A stretch of 64,000 nt of DNA from Eledone cirrhosa (lineage: Eukaryota): positions 215,636,001-215,700,000 of the forward strand of contig OZ024741.1 in the NCBI GenBank assembly GCA_964016885.1, read 5' to 3'. The translations under genes and the position numbers were made by a program. This document shows positions 14,245 through 27,973 of the stretch, piece after piece. How positions within the stretch are numbered: the stretch's first letter is position 1; each line of letters opens with the position of its first letter. The notes below the pieces were generated by a model. It was not told where the DNA came from, did no database searches, and saw only the letters and a program-made list of their open reading frames with translations.

Positions 14245-16025
14245 CAAACCAACTGAAAATCACGAGGCCTGGATGGTTTGCAAGGATATTTGACTAAAAA
14301 TATAAATTCTCTCTATCCGTTACAGACGGCCATTTTCAATGACTGCATGGTGTAGGGTGAAGTACCGCAGTGGTTGACAAAAGGTACCACGGCTCTAATA
14401 AAATACCAAGCCAAGGGAAATGACATTAACAAGTATAGGCCTAAATCATGTCTGCCCTTGATGTGGAATTTACTAACAAACATTATGTCAGAGGAAATGT
14501 ACCACCACGTCGACATAAACAAGTTATTGCCGGGGTAACAGAAAGGATGCCAAAAGAAGTACCGTGGTACAAAGACCAGTTATTTGTTGAGAAGATAATT
14601 GTTTCTACTTTTGGCACAAGGCCAGCAATCACCCAGTGCATTACTGGTACTTTATTTTATCCACCCCGTAAGGATGAAAGGCAAAGTTAACCTTGGCGGG
14701 ATTTGAACTCAGAATGACAAGAGTGAGTTCAAATCCCGCCAAGGTTAACTTTGCCTTTCATCCTTACTGGGTGGATAAAATAAAGTACCAGTAATGTACT
14801 GGGTGATTGCTGGCCTTGTGCCAATGACAAGGAACTGCAATAGGAGGTATACTGATCTTGCCATGGGTTGGATAGATTACAAGAATGCATTCGACATGAT
14901 TACTCATTCTAGGATAACCAAGTGTCTGGAAATCTTCAAGGTGACGGACAACATCACACTGCTATCAATTACTGGCATGACGACCTGGGAAACAGAATTA
15001 ACATCAGGGGCAGAATCCTTGGGATGGGTGAAAATCAAGAAAGTTTTTTCCAAGGAGATAGTTTGTCCCCTTTATTGTTTGTGCTTAATCTCATACCCTT
15101 GTCCTCCGTATTACGAAGTATGAAGACATGATACTAACTATGAAGAGGAGAGTTTAACATCAACCACCTCCTATTCGTGGATGACCTAAAGCTCTTCGGG
15201 AAGAGTGAGAAGGAGTATTTCCAACAATGATATGTATATAGAATTTGGTGTTTATAAGTGTGGAGTCTTAGTGATGAGAAGAGGTAAATTAAAGAGAAGT
15301 AAATGAATCGTGGTACGAATGGGTGAGATGATAAAAAGATCGACATCGAAGAGGGATATAGGTTTTGGGGTGTTCTAGAGGCATATAACATCAAGGAATA
15401 CTCAAGGGGAGTAAGGAAATACCAAAATCACATCTGAATAGTAGAAATGGCATAAGTGCAGCAAATTCCCGAGCTGTGTCTAATATCAAGTACTGAGTGG
15501 GTATTCTTAAATGGAATGTAAACAAGCCAAAAAATGTCCAGATGGAGAAGAGCTGTCTTCACTAATATATGTCTGAGAGTAACGAGCCAATACTGTATTG
15601 AAGGAGGATGTCCGAGAAAGAAGTAATATCAAAGAGGAAGAACAACCTGAATGAAATGGCTCTTCATAGTATCATTTTAAAGAAAACAGAATTCAGACAT
15701 GGAACTGGTTAAAGAAAGCTGACCTGAAGAAAGCTACAGAGGGAATTGTACTGGCTGCACAGGAGCAAACCCTTATATAACGAATTGTATGAAACACCAT
15801 ATTGACAAGGAAGAGGCGTGCCCACTCTGCAGGATCTGTGAAAAGAGAGAGAAAAATGAAGCTCGCATCGAATACGAGTGTAAATATCTAGCCCAGACTC
15901 ATTATAAAAGATGAAGGCATCATATCATAGGAAAATGATTCACTGGAATTTATGCAAACTGAACAAATACCTCAATCTGAGAAATGGTATGACCATATAC
16001 CAGAGTCGATGATAGAAAACAATAT
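14245..16025 (+). pseudogene. Degenerate R4/Dong-clade non-LTR retrotransposon (RT plus CCHC region)
   Basis: Frame-broken motifs VPQWLTKGTTALI, YRPKSCLPLMWNLLT, GTKDQLFVEK, WIDYKNAFDM, FQGDSLSPLLFV, INHLLFVDDLKLFG, ATEGIVLAAQEQ and CPLCRIC. A SINE pair interrupts it at about 14596-14823. Confidence 0.8.
14596..14823. mobile_element. Head-to-head inverted SINE pair inserted in the LINE
   Basis: 14596-14711 (minus) and 14724-14823 (plus) are near-perfect reverse complements. Confidence 0.8.
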
Positions 16026-16035
16026 GTAAAAATGA

Positions 16036-16066
<31 letters not shown>

Positions 16067-16069
16067 GTG

Positions 16070-16940
16070 TCTGATGGTAGCTATGATGCTTCCATAGGCG
16101 GTATGCCGGTTGAGTACTCTATGTTCTTACAGAGCAGAGTGTGATATAATATAAAACGAAAAATCAGTGATGCATCTGAACTCAATTTATTGTGTGTTAC
16201 AATTGTTTGAGACAGCTCGAGACACGATCATTGTGTGGATCTGTCTGATTCTGGATCTGCAGGTTCGTCGGACACTTCCAATAATTTGGGATCAAATTTT
16301 CTCACTGGGGTGTTAGCGTCAAAAAACATCCTCTTCGCTTGTCCTGCTATTGGCTGTTGTTCTTCTACGTCATCATAAATTTTGACCAATAGGTACTGTC
16401 ACACTGACCATCAGCTGTCCTTCTTCCTGCAACACTTCAATGAATCCCTGTAGACGCGTATGTCTATAGTTTTATGGGTTCTCTTTGGGTACGTATGTAT
16501 AGCGGGAGTATATGCGTGCGGGTATTGTTATTTATATGATTGTGTGCGTGTGTGAGTGTGTGTGTGTGGGCGTATATATATATGTGTGTGTGAGTGCGCG
16601 CGTAGACGTGTGAACTACCAAACCCAGCAGGGATTCATTGAAGTGTGGCTGGAAGGACAGCTGATGGTCAGTGTGACAGTACCTGTTGGTCAAAATTTAT
16701 GATGACGTAGAAAAGCAACAGCCAATAGTAGGACGAGAGAAGAGGATGTTTTTTTACGCTAACACCCCAGTGAGAAAATTTGATCCGAAATTATTAGAAG
16801 TGTCCGACGAACCTGCAGATCCAGAATCAGTCAGATCCACACAATGATCGTGTCTCGAGCTGTCTGCCGGCGAAAAAATCGTAACACACAATAAATTGAG
16901 TTCAGATACATCACTGATTTTTCGTTTTATATTATATATA
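16070..16940. mobile_element. Fold-back PLE-tail insert with about 300-bp arms and HHR-like motif
   Basis: Arms at about 16145-16450 and 16630-16937. Motif GTGT-CCGACGA-..-GAAA-(consensus CAATTG)-TA-ACAC at 16800-16887. Confidence 0.7.
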
Positions 16941-16944
16941 TATT

Positions 16945-17076
16945 ACGGCCATTTATGATCTGAGTTCAAATCCCGCCGAGATTAACTTTGCATTTCATCC
17001 TGATGCGGTCGATAAAATAAAGTACCAGTAATGCACTGGGTAATTGCTGGCCTTGTGCCAAAAGTAGAAACAATTG
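16945..17076 (+). mobile_element. tRNA-derived SINE, 5'-truncated
   Basis: Same core and tail as 2804-2920. Confidence 0.75.
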
Positions 17077-17083
17077 ATATATT

Positions 17084-17154
<71 letters not shown>

Positions 17155-17403
17155 GTGTGTGTGTGTGTGTGTGTGTGTACTTGTGTGTATGTGTGTGTGT
17201 ATGCATGTAAAAGGTAAACAGAAATAACATCACAAACGGTACAGTATATGGAAGGAATAAATTAGTTTAACGCTTGAAATGGTAGGAAGAGGATGGCAAG
17301 GCGGAATCGGAAAAATATCTTTGGAAAAAAATAAAGGGTCTATTCATGTTGACATCTCTTAAGTAGGAAAGTTGTGTTAGAGTATCAGCGTTAAGTTTAT
17401 TCA

Positions 17404-17503
17404 GGTGTGACACGTGTTTCGTTATTGAAAGACTATTCATCAGCTCAATGTTCGATCTGTATCGATCTGGCCCTACTGTGTAATCAAAAGCTCATCAGAC
17501 TCA
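17404..17503 (-). ncRNA. Type I HHR with long helix II, in a fold-back insert (about 17360-17625)
   Basis: TGAGT-CTGATGA-GCTTTTGA..TCAATAAC-GAAA-CACGTG-TC-ACACC. The opposite arm has TCAATAGC-GAAA-CGCGCG-TC. Confidence 0.6.
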
Positions 17504-17813
17504 TGGTTTGTTAATTATATCATTAACAGATCGATTCAGATCGAAGCTTGAGCTGATCAATAGCGAAACGCGCGTCCCACCTGAATAAACTTAATGGTGA
17601 TTTTCGGACACCTCGTTCCCACTTATGTGAATATTACACTCTGAATATGAGGGAAACCAACCAATGTTTTTGTTTCTTTTGGTTTGTCTCGTTTCTTCTG
17701 GCTTATATTTTTATTATATACTCTGAGTTTTGGTTATTTAGACGTACTAGACATCAACGGACCCTCCTATGTATCGAATGCTCAAGTTGGTGAACCAGGA
17801 GTAGCACATACAT

Positions 17814-17883
<70 letters not shown>

Positions 17884-18310
17884 ATACTTGGGGAGGGTCA
17901 TATATATATATATATTTGAAAAAGAGGAAGAGAATAACTTCACTTGTAGTTCTAAATAATTTGATTTAATTTTATAATATTACTAGCAGAATGGCCAGGC
18001 GTTGCTCGAGATTTGCTCTAGGCTTCTTATATATTTGATATATATTTGTCCTTCTCGAGCCTCGTGAAGTAAATACGTTTGTTTATATTTTGTTATTGTG
18101 TATACAAAAATATCTGTACACGAATATATAAATAACAGTACAGAGAAGTACGGAATACCTCAGCCTCGGTTGGTGTCTACATTTTGTGCTTATAAAAAAA
18201 ATTCGTAGAAAATCAATCGAAGAAAATCAATGATTTATCGCGAAATAAATACTTTTGTTTATATGTGTATGCAAAAATATCTGTACACGAATATATAATT
18301 ATATATATAT

Positions 18311-19200
<890 letters not shown>

Positions 19201-20274
19201 ACTAACCCTATACGTATGAATGCGTGCCCGCAACCGTACGTTGTGTGTGTATACTAGGATTATGTAAATGTACACACTCATGTGAACGCAACGAAATACT
19301 AATACCCCAAGTTGCATTTGAAAAATGTTCGAGTGTATGCTTAAGAGTATATTTGTATATGCTCTCTTGTATGAGTGCACATATGTATATAGACATACAC
19401 GCGCATCCAGAGGTATAAAAGTGTGGGTGGGAATATATGTCTGTACTAAGGGATTCACCTAAGCTCCGAAGCGCCCAAGCTATTGCTGTGAAGATATATA
19501 TCACACTCTACTTTTGTCTAGTCTAAACAATAACTTTTCCAAACACCCACTTTACTTTTCTTTAAAAAAATAACACCCACCTCGTTTTATGTCTGCCTTA
19601 TACTTGGATTCGGGGGCCTCTGTTGTATATATATATATGCACTTGTGCGTACACACACCTGTTTGGATTTGTGTGTGTAGATGTGTGTGTGTCTGTGGGG
19701 ATAGGTGTGAGTGCATGTACAAGTCAACCAACATAAGTCTTTTTATTTGTAAACTTTCTAAGTATTTGACTCTAACCATAATTTTCAGTATTACCACCCC
19801 ACAGAAATTCCTCAATTTGTATATGTGGATGTGTGTGTGTCTGTGGGGGTGGGTGTGAGTGTATGTGCAAGTCAACCAACATAAGTCTTTTTATATGTAA
19901 ATTTTCTAGTATTCTACTCTAACAATGATTTTCAGTAGTACCACCCCACATACATTCCTCAATTTAAGAATGACCTGTAGTATCGAATTTCATACTATAA
20001 ACCTCAATTGAATATATTTCTGACCAGGAATGCTTTTTTTGTGAAAATCAGTCATATGGAACTATTGTCATCTTGCCTGACGGTTTGAACTTTACAACAC
20101 CACCTGCCTCTTTGAGGTCAAATACCAACCCTACTAGCATCTACAAACTGACCAATGAGAATTAGGATTATTCCTGCTGACTACATTAAATTATCCCTAA
20201 CAAGCTAATATGTCCCAAGGCTCTAAAACCATCAACACCATAAACACAGAGGTGGCATATCTAAGAACTGACTA

Positions 20275-20330
20275 ACTGCCTGATGAGGTCATAGCCATTC
20301 AATAGCCATCATCGAAATATATATAACAGT
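20275..20330 (+). ncRNA. Type I HHR (slightly degenerate)
   Basis: ACTGC-CTGATGA-GGT..ATC-GAAA-TATATA-TA-ACAGT, about 50 nt upstream of a (TA)n junction. Confidence 0.6.
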
Positions 20331-20371
20331 AAATAAAGGATTATGAGTTCATGCAATTGACTTATGTTTCG

Positions 20372-20413
<42 letters not shown>

Positions 20414-21000
20414 TAACACATTAAAGTTTAAGCAAAGAATCGCAGCTTTCACTCTTAACGGAATCTTCTGAAACTAAAATAATAAATCTGTGAACGTTAC
20501 ACACTATATATATATACACACACCCAGTATATATATACACACACATACACACACATCGCGTCATAATGACTTAATGCAGACAGCCAGGCATACAGACAGA
20601 TATTATAATGGCGCAAAGTTATATCTATGTATCTATCTAAAAAGAGAAAGACTAAGCATTATAGAGAGAGATCACTAAATCGCATAATGTGGTCCCTAGG
20701 GCATTGAAAATTTGAAACTATTTTCGCTCCAAACACTCACGGGACCATAAGTATTACATGTGTAAAGTTTGAAAAAACTCGGTTGGGTGGTTCTCGAGTT
20801 TTAGTGATTGGACATACAGACAGACAAACAGACATTCTCTGTTTTAGTAATATAGATAATAATAGGAATTCGTAGACCTAGTCTACCAACTCATATTATT
20901 ATAATATTATAAAATTAAATCAAATTATTTAGAACTACAAGTGAAGTCATTGTTATTCTTTTTTTCAAATAAAACTAAATGTACCAAGGACCTCACACAT

Positions 21001-21054
<54 letters not shown>

Positions 21055-21058
<4 letters not shown>

Positions 21059-21552
21059 GTTAAACAAGGTTCAATGAATAAATCAAAGAATGATTTTAAC
21101 AATAGATTGGAAGCTCTCAACAGATGGTTTTCCTGAGTTATTAATATTTATTCAAAATATTAACAAAATAGATATTCTTGTGATCAACTATATTTTATTA
21201 TACATATTTCAGAGGTACTGAGTTAACTTCAACAGTTCGTCCTCATCACATACAATAAGATGATGCATTACATACCCTGACATAGTAGATGGTTAAAATT
21301 CAGTCATGGTAGACTACCATGACTGAATCTTAACCCTCTCTACTATGTCAGGGTATGTCACGCATCATCTTTATCAGTCATGGTAGACTACCATGACTGA
21401 ATCTTAACCATCTACTATGTCAGGGTATGTCATGCATCATCTTTATTTTATCTGATGAGGACGTACTGTTGAAGTTAACTCAGTACCTTTGAAATATGTA
21501 TAATAAAATATACTTGATCACAAGAATATCTATTTTGTTAATATTTTGAATT
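21055..21552. mobile_element. Fold-back PLE-tail family A insert with internal duplicated palindromes
   Basis: Arms at about 21151-21310 and 21385-21550. cagtcatggtagactaccatgactg occurs twice, and the flanks are (TA)n. Confidence 0.75.
21444..21510 (+). ncRNA. Type I hammerhead ribozyme
   Basis: TATTTTAT-CTGATGA-GGACGTACTG..CAGTACCTTT-GAAA-TATGTA-TA-ATAAAATA with an 8-bp helix I. The mirror copy at 21191-21257 has the core mutated to GTGATGA. Confidence 0.8.
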
Positions 21553-21571
21553 AATATATATATATATATAT

Positions 21572-22520
21572 ATCATGATAAATTATCGGAGCCATAGGCC
21601 CTCGCCATTCCCTGCAAATAATGTGCTCAAAGGAGAAGAAATCCTGAGCTCTTTAAAATACAATATGTTGAAAATGTAACACACCAGAGAGAGATATACA
21701 GTGCGCTATCAATAAAACAGGGAAAAAACCACCAGTGTATGGAATCTATAAACTATGAAAGGCAGACTATAGACACGATAATTAAAAATATAAATTAAAG
21801 CGTAAATAAATACCTCTATAACTATATAACACGCGTACAAATCCAAAGAGATCTGTTTCGCCAGTAATTTGTTGACAGAAATGGAATATACACGGTTCCT
21901 CAGCGTGTGTAAGGCTATACATTTCAGACAACACTAAGAGAATTTTAAAAGTGACTGTCCAGCTACACGTGGGAGAGAGAAGTCACAGCGTGTTTAAGGG
22001 CAATGAACCAGTGGCCTCTGAGGGACGAGCTGTTAGAAAGAGCAGCCCAAAACCACTCAGAGAAGTGTGCTCAACCAAACAGAGACATAGGAAAGGCAAG
22101 GAGCGAAATATCACAATAAATTAAGGGAGCCATGGGCCCTCGCCATTCCCTGTAAATAATGTGCTCAAAGGAGAAGAAATCCCGAGCTCTTTAAAATACA
22201 ATATGTTGAAAAGGTAACACACCAGAGAGAGATATACAGTGCGCTATCAATAAAACAGGGGAAAAAACAACCAGTGTATGGAATCTATAACCTATGAAAG
22301 GCAGACTATAGACACGATAATTAAAAATATAAATTAAAGTACGTGTGTCATATAGTTATAGAGGTATTTATTTACGCTTTAATTTATATTTTTAATTATC
22401 GTGTCTATAGTATACCTTTCATAGGTTATAGATTCCATACACTGGTGGTTTTTTTCCTGTTTTATTGATAGCGCACTGTATATCTCTCTCTGGTGTGTTA
22501 CCTTTTCAAGATATTGTATA
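21572..22520 (-). mobile_element. Non-coding tandem element (538-bp period) with inverted arm; retrozyme-like
   Basis: About 21572-21800 repeats at about 22110-22339, and 22340-22520 is the reverse complement of about 21659-21837. It has (TA)n flanks and one HHR. Confidence 0.75.
21829..21910 (-). ncRNA. Type I HHR with stable helix III
   Basis: ACACACG-CTGAGGA-ACCGTGTA..TACTGGC-GAA-ACAGATCT-CTTT-GGATTTGT-A-CGCGTGT. The inverted arm has CGTGTGT, which would give a perfect 7-bp helix I. Confidence 0.75.
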
Positions 22521-22801
22521 TATATATATATATACAGTCGTAGAATGTCAAAATATAAATATAAGACCAGACATGTCTGCTCATGACTCTATTATTTGTG
22601 GCAGCCATTGCTACTGTCAGTTTAATATGTAGTGCCAGATCATATCCACTGCCAACTCTCTCCCCTCTACCTCTATTTTGTTGTATTCCTCTCTGCCAGA
22701 CTTGTCTAATTCTATATGCTTATACTATATACTTATATACATGTATATACAAATATCTAAATATCTGTATATATATGTATATATATATATAGATATACAT
22801 A

Positions 22802-22905
<104 letters not shown>

Positions 22906-23208
22906 AATATCTCTATATATATTTATATATATATATATACATACATAAAAATATATATAGATATACATATGAATATATATATATATATGTATGTGTGCGT
23001 GTGTGTGTGTGTATACACACACACACACATATATATCTACATACACATATATACACATATATATCTAAATATGTGAGTGTGTATATAAACCCTTTGTATA
23101 CATATATGCATAAATATAGTTACATAGATGTATATATATATATATACACACATATATATGTGTGTGTGTCCGTGCGTGTATGTATGTGTTATAAACACCC
23201 ACACACAT

Positions 23209-23257
<49 letters not shown>

Positions 23258-23268
23258 CATACATACAT

Positions 23269-23370
<102 letters not shown>

Positions 23371-23537
23371 AATTAATATCTAGTAACATATATATACATA
23401 CAGATGCATATCAATGCTAGCAAATATATAGGTTTTGTCTTAGTAACATTGTGGTTCAATGCATGGGGTTGCAGAACAATAATATGAGAGACGTAAAATA
23501 AGAAAATTATAAAATTAACTTACTTACTAAAATATCA

Positions 23538-23617
23538 CTTCCAACTAATTAGTTTCTGGAATGGAGTAAATATATTTTCCGAAGAAGACATAGAGAAACA
23601 TTCCGTCGTCAGGGAAG
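23538..23617 (-). ncRNA. Type I HHR (inverted-arm copy)
   Basis: CTTCC-CTGACGA-CGGAATG..CATTCCA-GAAA-CTAATTAG-TT-GGAAG. Confidence 0.75.
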
Positions 23618-23915
23618 ACTATTCTCATCTAAGTATCCAGGCAAAGCGTGATTATTTCCAAATTATTTGTCGAGCAATATTGGCCATGACTGCTGCTATG
23701 GTAGCAGGAAGGCCGCTGTCTTATTAGCAAACCACTTTCCACTGATTGACCTCGATGTCACGTGATTGATTCTTTTTGAATTTGCCACAGACGCAGAGGC
23801 AGTGATTTTCTCAATGGCTAGGAATTCAGTCCACGCTTTGCTATTTCCTATCCACTGAATTAATTTTTAATAAGTTTCCAGAGTCCACGCTTTGAGATAC
23901 TTAGATGAGAATAGT

Positions 23916-23996
23916 CTTCCCTGACGACGGAATGTTCCCCTTATGTCTTCTTCGGAAAATATATTTACTCCATTCCAGAAACTAATTAGTTGGAAG
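23916..23996 (+). ncRNA. Type I HHR (unit 1)
   Basis: CTTCC-CTGACGA-CGGAATG..CATTCCA-GAAA-CTAATTAG-TT-GGAAG, with a 5-bp helix I, 6-bp helix II and palindromic helix III. Confidence 0.8.
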
Positions 23997-24435
23997 TGAT
24001 ATTTTAGTAAGTAAGTTAATTTTATAATTTTCTTATTTTACGTCTCTCATATTATTGTTCTGCAACCCCATGCATTGAACCACAATGTTACTAAGACAAA
24101 ACCTATATATTTGCTAGCATTGATATGCATCTGTATGTATATATATGTTACTAGATATTAATTCTTTATAATTATCTCCAAATTATTTGTCGAGCAATAT
24201 TGGCCATGACTGCTGCTATGGTAGCAGGCAGGCCGCTGTCTTATTAGCAAACCACTTTCCACTAATTGACCTCGATGTCACGTGATTGATTCTTTTTGAA
24301 TTTGCCACAGACGCAGAGGCAGTGATTTTCTCAATGGCTAGGAATTCAGTCCACGCTTTGCTATTTCCTATCCACTGAATTAATTTTTAATAAGTTTCCA
24401 GAGTCCACGCTTTGAGATACTTAGATGAGAATAGT

Positions 24436-24516
24436 CTTCCCTGACGACGGAATGTTCCCCTTATGTCTTCTTCGGAAAATATATTTACTCCATTCCAGAA
24501 ACTAAATAGTTGGAAG
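24436..24516 (+). ncRNA. Type I HHR (unit 2)
   Basis: As unit 1, exactly 520 nt downstream; helix III reads CTAAATAG. Confidence 0.75.
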
Positions 24517-24567
24517 TGATATTTTAGTAAGTAAGTTAATTTTATAATTTTCTTATTTTACGTCTCT

Positions 24568-24705
<138 letters not shown>

Positions 24706-24918
24706 CACTGGCATATACGCCCATCATATATAAATAAATATAAACAAAAAAAAGCATCTCAAACAGAGAGACAGACTAACATGATGGCAGGTAATTCTAT
24801 TTCAAGAATTAATTCCTTCTCTGTCTATTATTACCAACTTATGCTATCTATTCTTATTACAAAACAGTGTTATGTGTCATCATATTATATATATATGTAT
24901 ATATATATATATATATAT

Positions 24919-25030
<112 letters not shown>

Positions 25031-25780
25031 GAATATATATATAGTGTATTTTGCAATACATTGTATGCTTAATTAAAAGCATTTTGAACACCATACGCGA
25101 TTGTTTTAAAATAGTGACGATGTCACTTATTTAAATTTTCAGCAAACAGGGGAAGATAAACTAACAGAGCTCTATTCGTAGTTTTTGGTACTTATCAAAG
25201 CTAACTACTCCCCTGTCTGCTGAAAATTATGTGTTGGATTCTTATAGAATTCCAGTAATAATCAGGAACTGATTAAACAGAACGGTCGCAGGTCCAGCAG
25301 AATTGGTTCTCTGAAATAGCGATATATATATGAATGTATATATAGTGTATTTTCCAATACACTGTATGTTTAATTAAAAGCATTTTGAAGACCATAGCGA
25401 TTGTTTTAAAATAGTGACGATGTAATTTATTTAAATTTTCAGCAAACAGGGGGAGATAAACTAACAGAGCTCTGTTTCGTACTTTTTTGGTACTTATCAA
25501 AGCTAACTACTCCCCTGTTTGCTGAAAATTATGTGTGTTGGATTCTTATAGAATTCCAGTAATAAATCAGGAACTGATTAAACAGAGCGGTCGCCGGTCC
25601 AGCAGAAATTGAAAATTAGAATTGGTGCTCTGAAATAGCGATATATATATGAATGTATATATAGTGTATTTTGATAAACTGACAGAGCTCTGTTCGTACT
25701 TTTTGGTACTTGTCAAAGCTCACTTCTCCCCTTTTCGCTGAAAATTATGTGTGTTGGATTATTATCTCCCCCTGTTTGCT
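25031..25780 (-). mobile_element. Non-coding tandem element (about 300-320-bp unit, about 2.4 copies), one HHR per unit; retrozyme-like
   Basis: Units start at about 25031, 25332 and 25651. HHR motifs lie at about 25159-25203, 25459-25504 and 25677-25720. Confidence 0.75.
25459..25504 (-). ncRNA. Type I HHR, U3-A8 core variant
   Basis: AGCT-TTGATAA-GTAC-CAAAAAA-GTAC-GAAA-CAGAGCTCTG-TT-AGTT. Helix I is extended by a roughly 19-bp stem (TTTTCAGCAAACAGGGGAG / CTCCCCCTGTTTGCTGAAAA). Confidence 0.75.
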
Positions 25781-25784
25781 AAAA

Positions 25785-26101
25785 TGAATAAATGGAAACT
25801 ATATTTATAAAACCATATTTATTCTATTATATATATTTCAAGGGTACCAAAACTTTATTACGCACTCATCAGATAAAATACAAAATTTGTTTTATAAATA
25901 GCGACATACCCAGGAATCAGACCTTAATCAGATCCAACCGGAACTTGAACCGTCAAGGTCTGATTCCTGGGTATGTCACTATTTATAAAACAGACTTTCT
26001 ATTTTATCTGATGAGTGCGTACCAAAGTTTTGGTACCCTTGAAGTATATATATAATGGAATAAATATGGTTTTATAAACATAGTTTCCATTTATTAATAT
26101 C
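25785..26101. mobile_element. Fold-back PLE-tail insert with an HHR in each arm
   Basis: Arms at 25785-25924 and 25956-26095. The minus HHR at 25820-25880 is TATTTTAT-CTGATGA..GAAA-TATATA-TA-ATAGAATA; the plus copy at 26000-26062 has GAAG in place of GAAA. Confidence 0.75.
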
Positions 26102-26103
26102 AT

Positions 26104-26142
<39 letters not shown>

Positions 26143-26151
26143 AATATATTT

Positions 26152-26201
<50 letters not shown>

Positions 26202-26679
26202 ATACTCATATATATATATATATATATATATACATACACACATATATACATTTTAATATATATACGTAAATTTATAAACACACTCAGACACTTTCACGTA
26301 CATATATATATATATATATATATACATATATATATGTATGCATGTATGTATGTATACATGCTTGCGTGTATGTATGTGTGTATGTATGTATGTACGTATG
26401 TATGTATATATATATGAATGTATAAAATATATATTATGTTTTTTGTTATCTCTGTTTGTCACTCTATTTTCTAATCTTTATATTGGTATGTTTTGTGGAG
26501 TAGGGGGGGGGGTCATATTTATTGTTTCTTTTGGTCTGTCTCGTTTCTTTTGGTTTATATTTTCTTTTTATATATTCTTTGTTTTGGATATTTAGACTTT
26601 GTTATTTGTTTACTCTTTTGTTGTTGTTTTTTGATTTTTTTTTTCGTCTTTGAAATGTTTACATTATTTTAATTTCAAA

Positions 26680-27088
26680 GTTACACGCGTCTGGCAGGTG
26701 ATTTGATCTGAGATCTTGTGTTGAAACTAAAGCAATTACATCTTGGTTGTGTCATTTTCATCATATAAGCACATGTCTGCTACGTGACTTAATCTTACTT
26801 CATGTGTGTTGAAATTAAAGCAATTACGTCTTTAAAGAGTCATTTCAGCCACAGTTGTACATGTCTGGCAAGTGGCTTGATCTGAGACTGTCTGTTGTAA
26901 TTAAAGCTATTACATCGTGGGAGGATCATTTTAGCTACATATGTACTTTTCTGGCAAGTGACTTGATCTGTGGTTCTATGTTGAAACTAAAACAATTACA
27001 TTGTGGAAGAGTCATTTTAATCACAGTTGTACATGTCTGGCAAATGACTTGATCTGAAATGGTGTATTGAAACTAAAGCAATTACATT
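26680..27088. repeat. About 80-bp tandem repeat, about 5 degenerate copies
   Basis: Recurrent acatgtctggcaagtgacttgatctg..gttgaaactaaagcaattaca. Confidence 0.8.
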
Positions 27089-27597
27089 GTTCAGTTTTGG
27101 GTTAAATATTTTTTATTAAAGTATGTTTTGCCAATGCGCTTTTCCTCGTATGTTAACTGGTAACATTGGTAGAATGGGAAGACATTGAAATTTGGTAAAG
27201 TTCTCCCTGCGCTTTTCTCTATATGTTGGTTAAGATTTATCTTTCTTGTATATGGACTCCTAGTTTGCTGGCGCTGAACTGACTTTCTTTAACTGAGTGT
27301 TAATCCTGTTTGGCCAATGTAGTGTTCATGACAACCGTTACATGTTATAATATATATTACATTTTCTATATTGCACGAGACGTCATTTTTCATTTTGAAA
27401 ATGGGACCTTCTTTGAAGCGTAATTCGTGGCCTTCTAATAAATAATTGCTCAGCTTACAGTTAGATCGGTTACATCATTTCACTCCAGGCATTTTAATTT
27501 TGGTTTGCCGCTTTGCATTTGTTAATATCTTTTTTAGTGACTTAGGGTGTCGTTTAATTTTTATAATTGGTGATTTTTGTAAAAGGATAGATAGGTT
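27087..27597 (-). pseudogene. PLE (Neptune-like) GIY-YIG endonuclease relic, missed by the ORF track
   Basis: Manual translation gives KRHPKSLKKILTNAK..GVK*CNRSNCKLSNYL..DVSCNIENVIYIITCNGCHEHYIGQTGLTLS*R. Confidence 0.75.
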
Positions 27598-27864
27598 TAT
27601 ATTGTATGTGTGTATGTTTGTGTAGAATCATGTGTATAGTATGCTCTAATTTGAATCCTGGTGGTATCGATAAAACAAGTGAACTACTGAGCTAAATATA
27701 ATTGACTAGTTATTTTGATATGTGGTCTTGTGCCACTGTTAGAAATCAATGTTATAGAATTCTAAACAATATAAAACTCCTTTGTTAAAAATCATTATTT
27801 CATTTATTATAACAAAAAGAAAAAAATACCAACTCCCCAAAGTTGAGGGTTTATGTTAAAAGTC

Positions 27865-27973
<109 letters not shown>

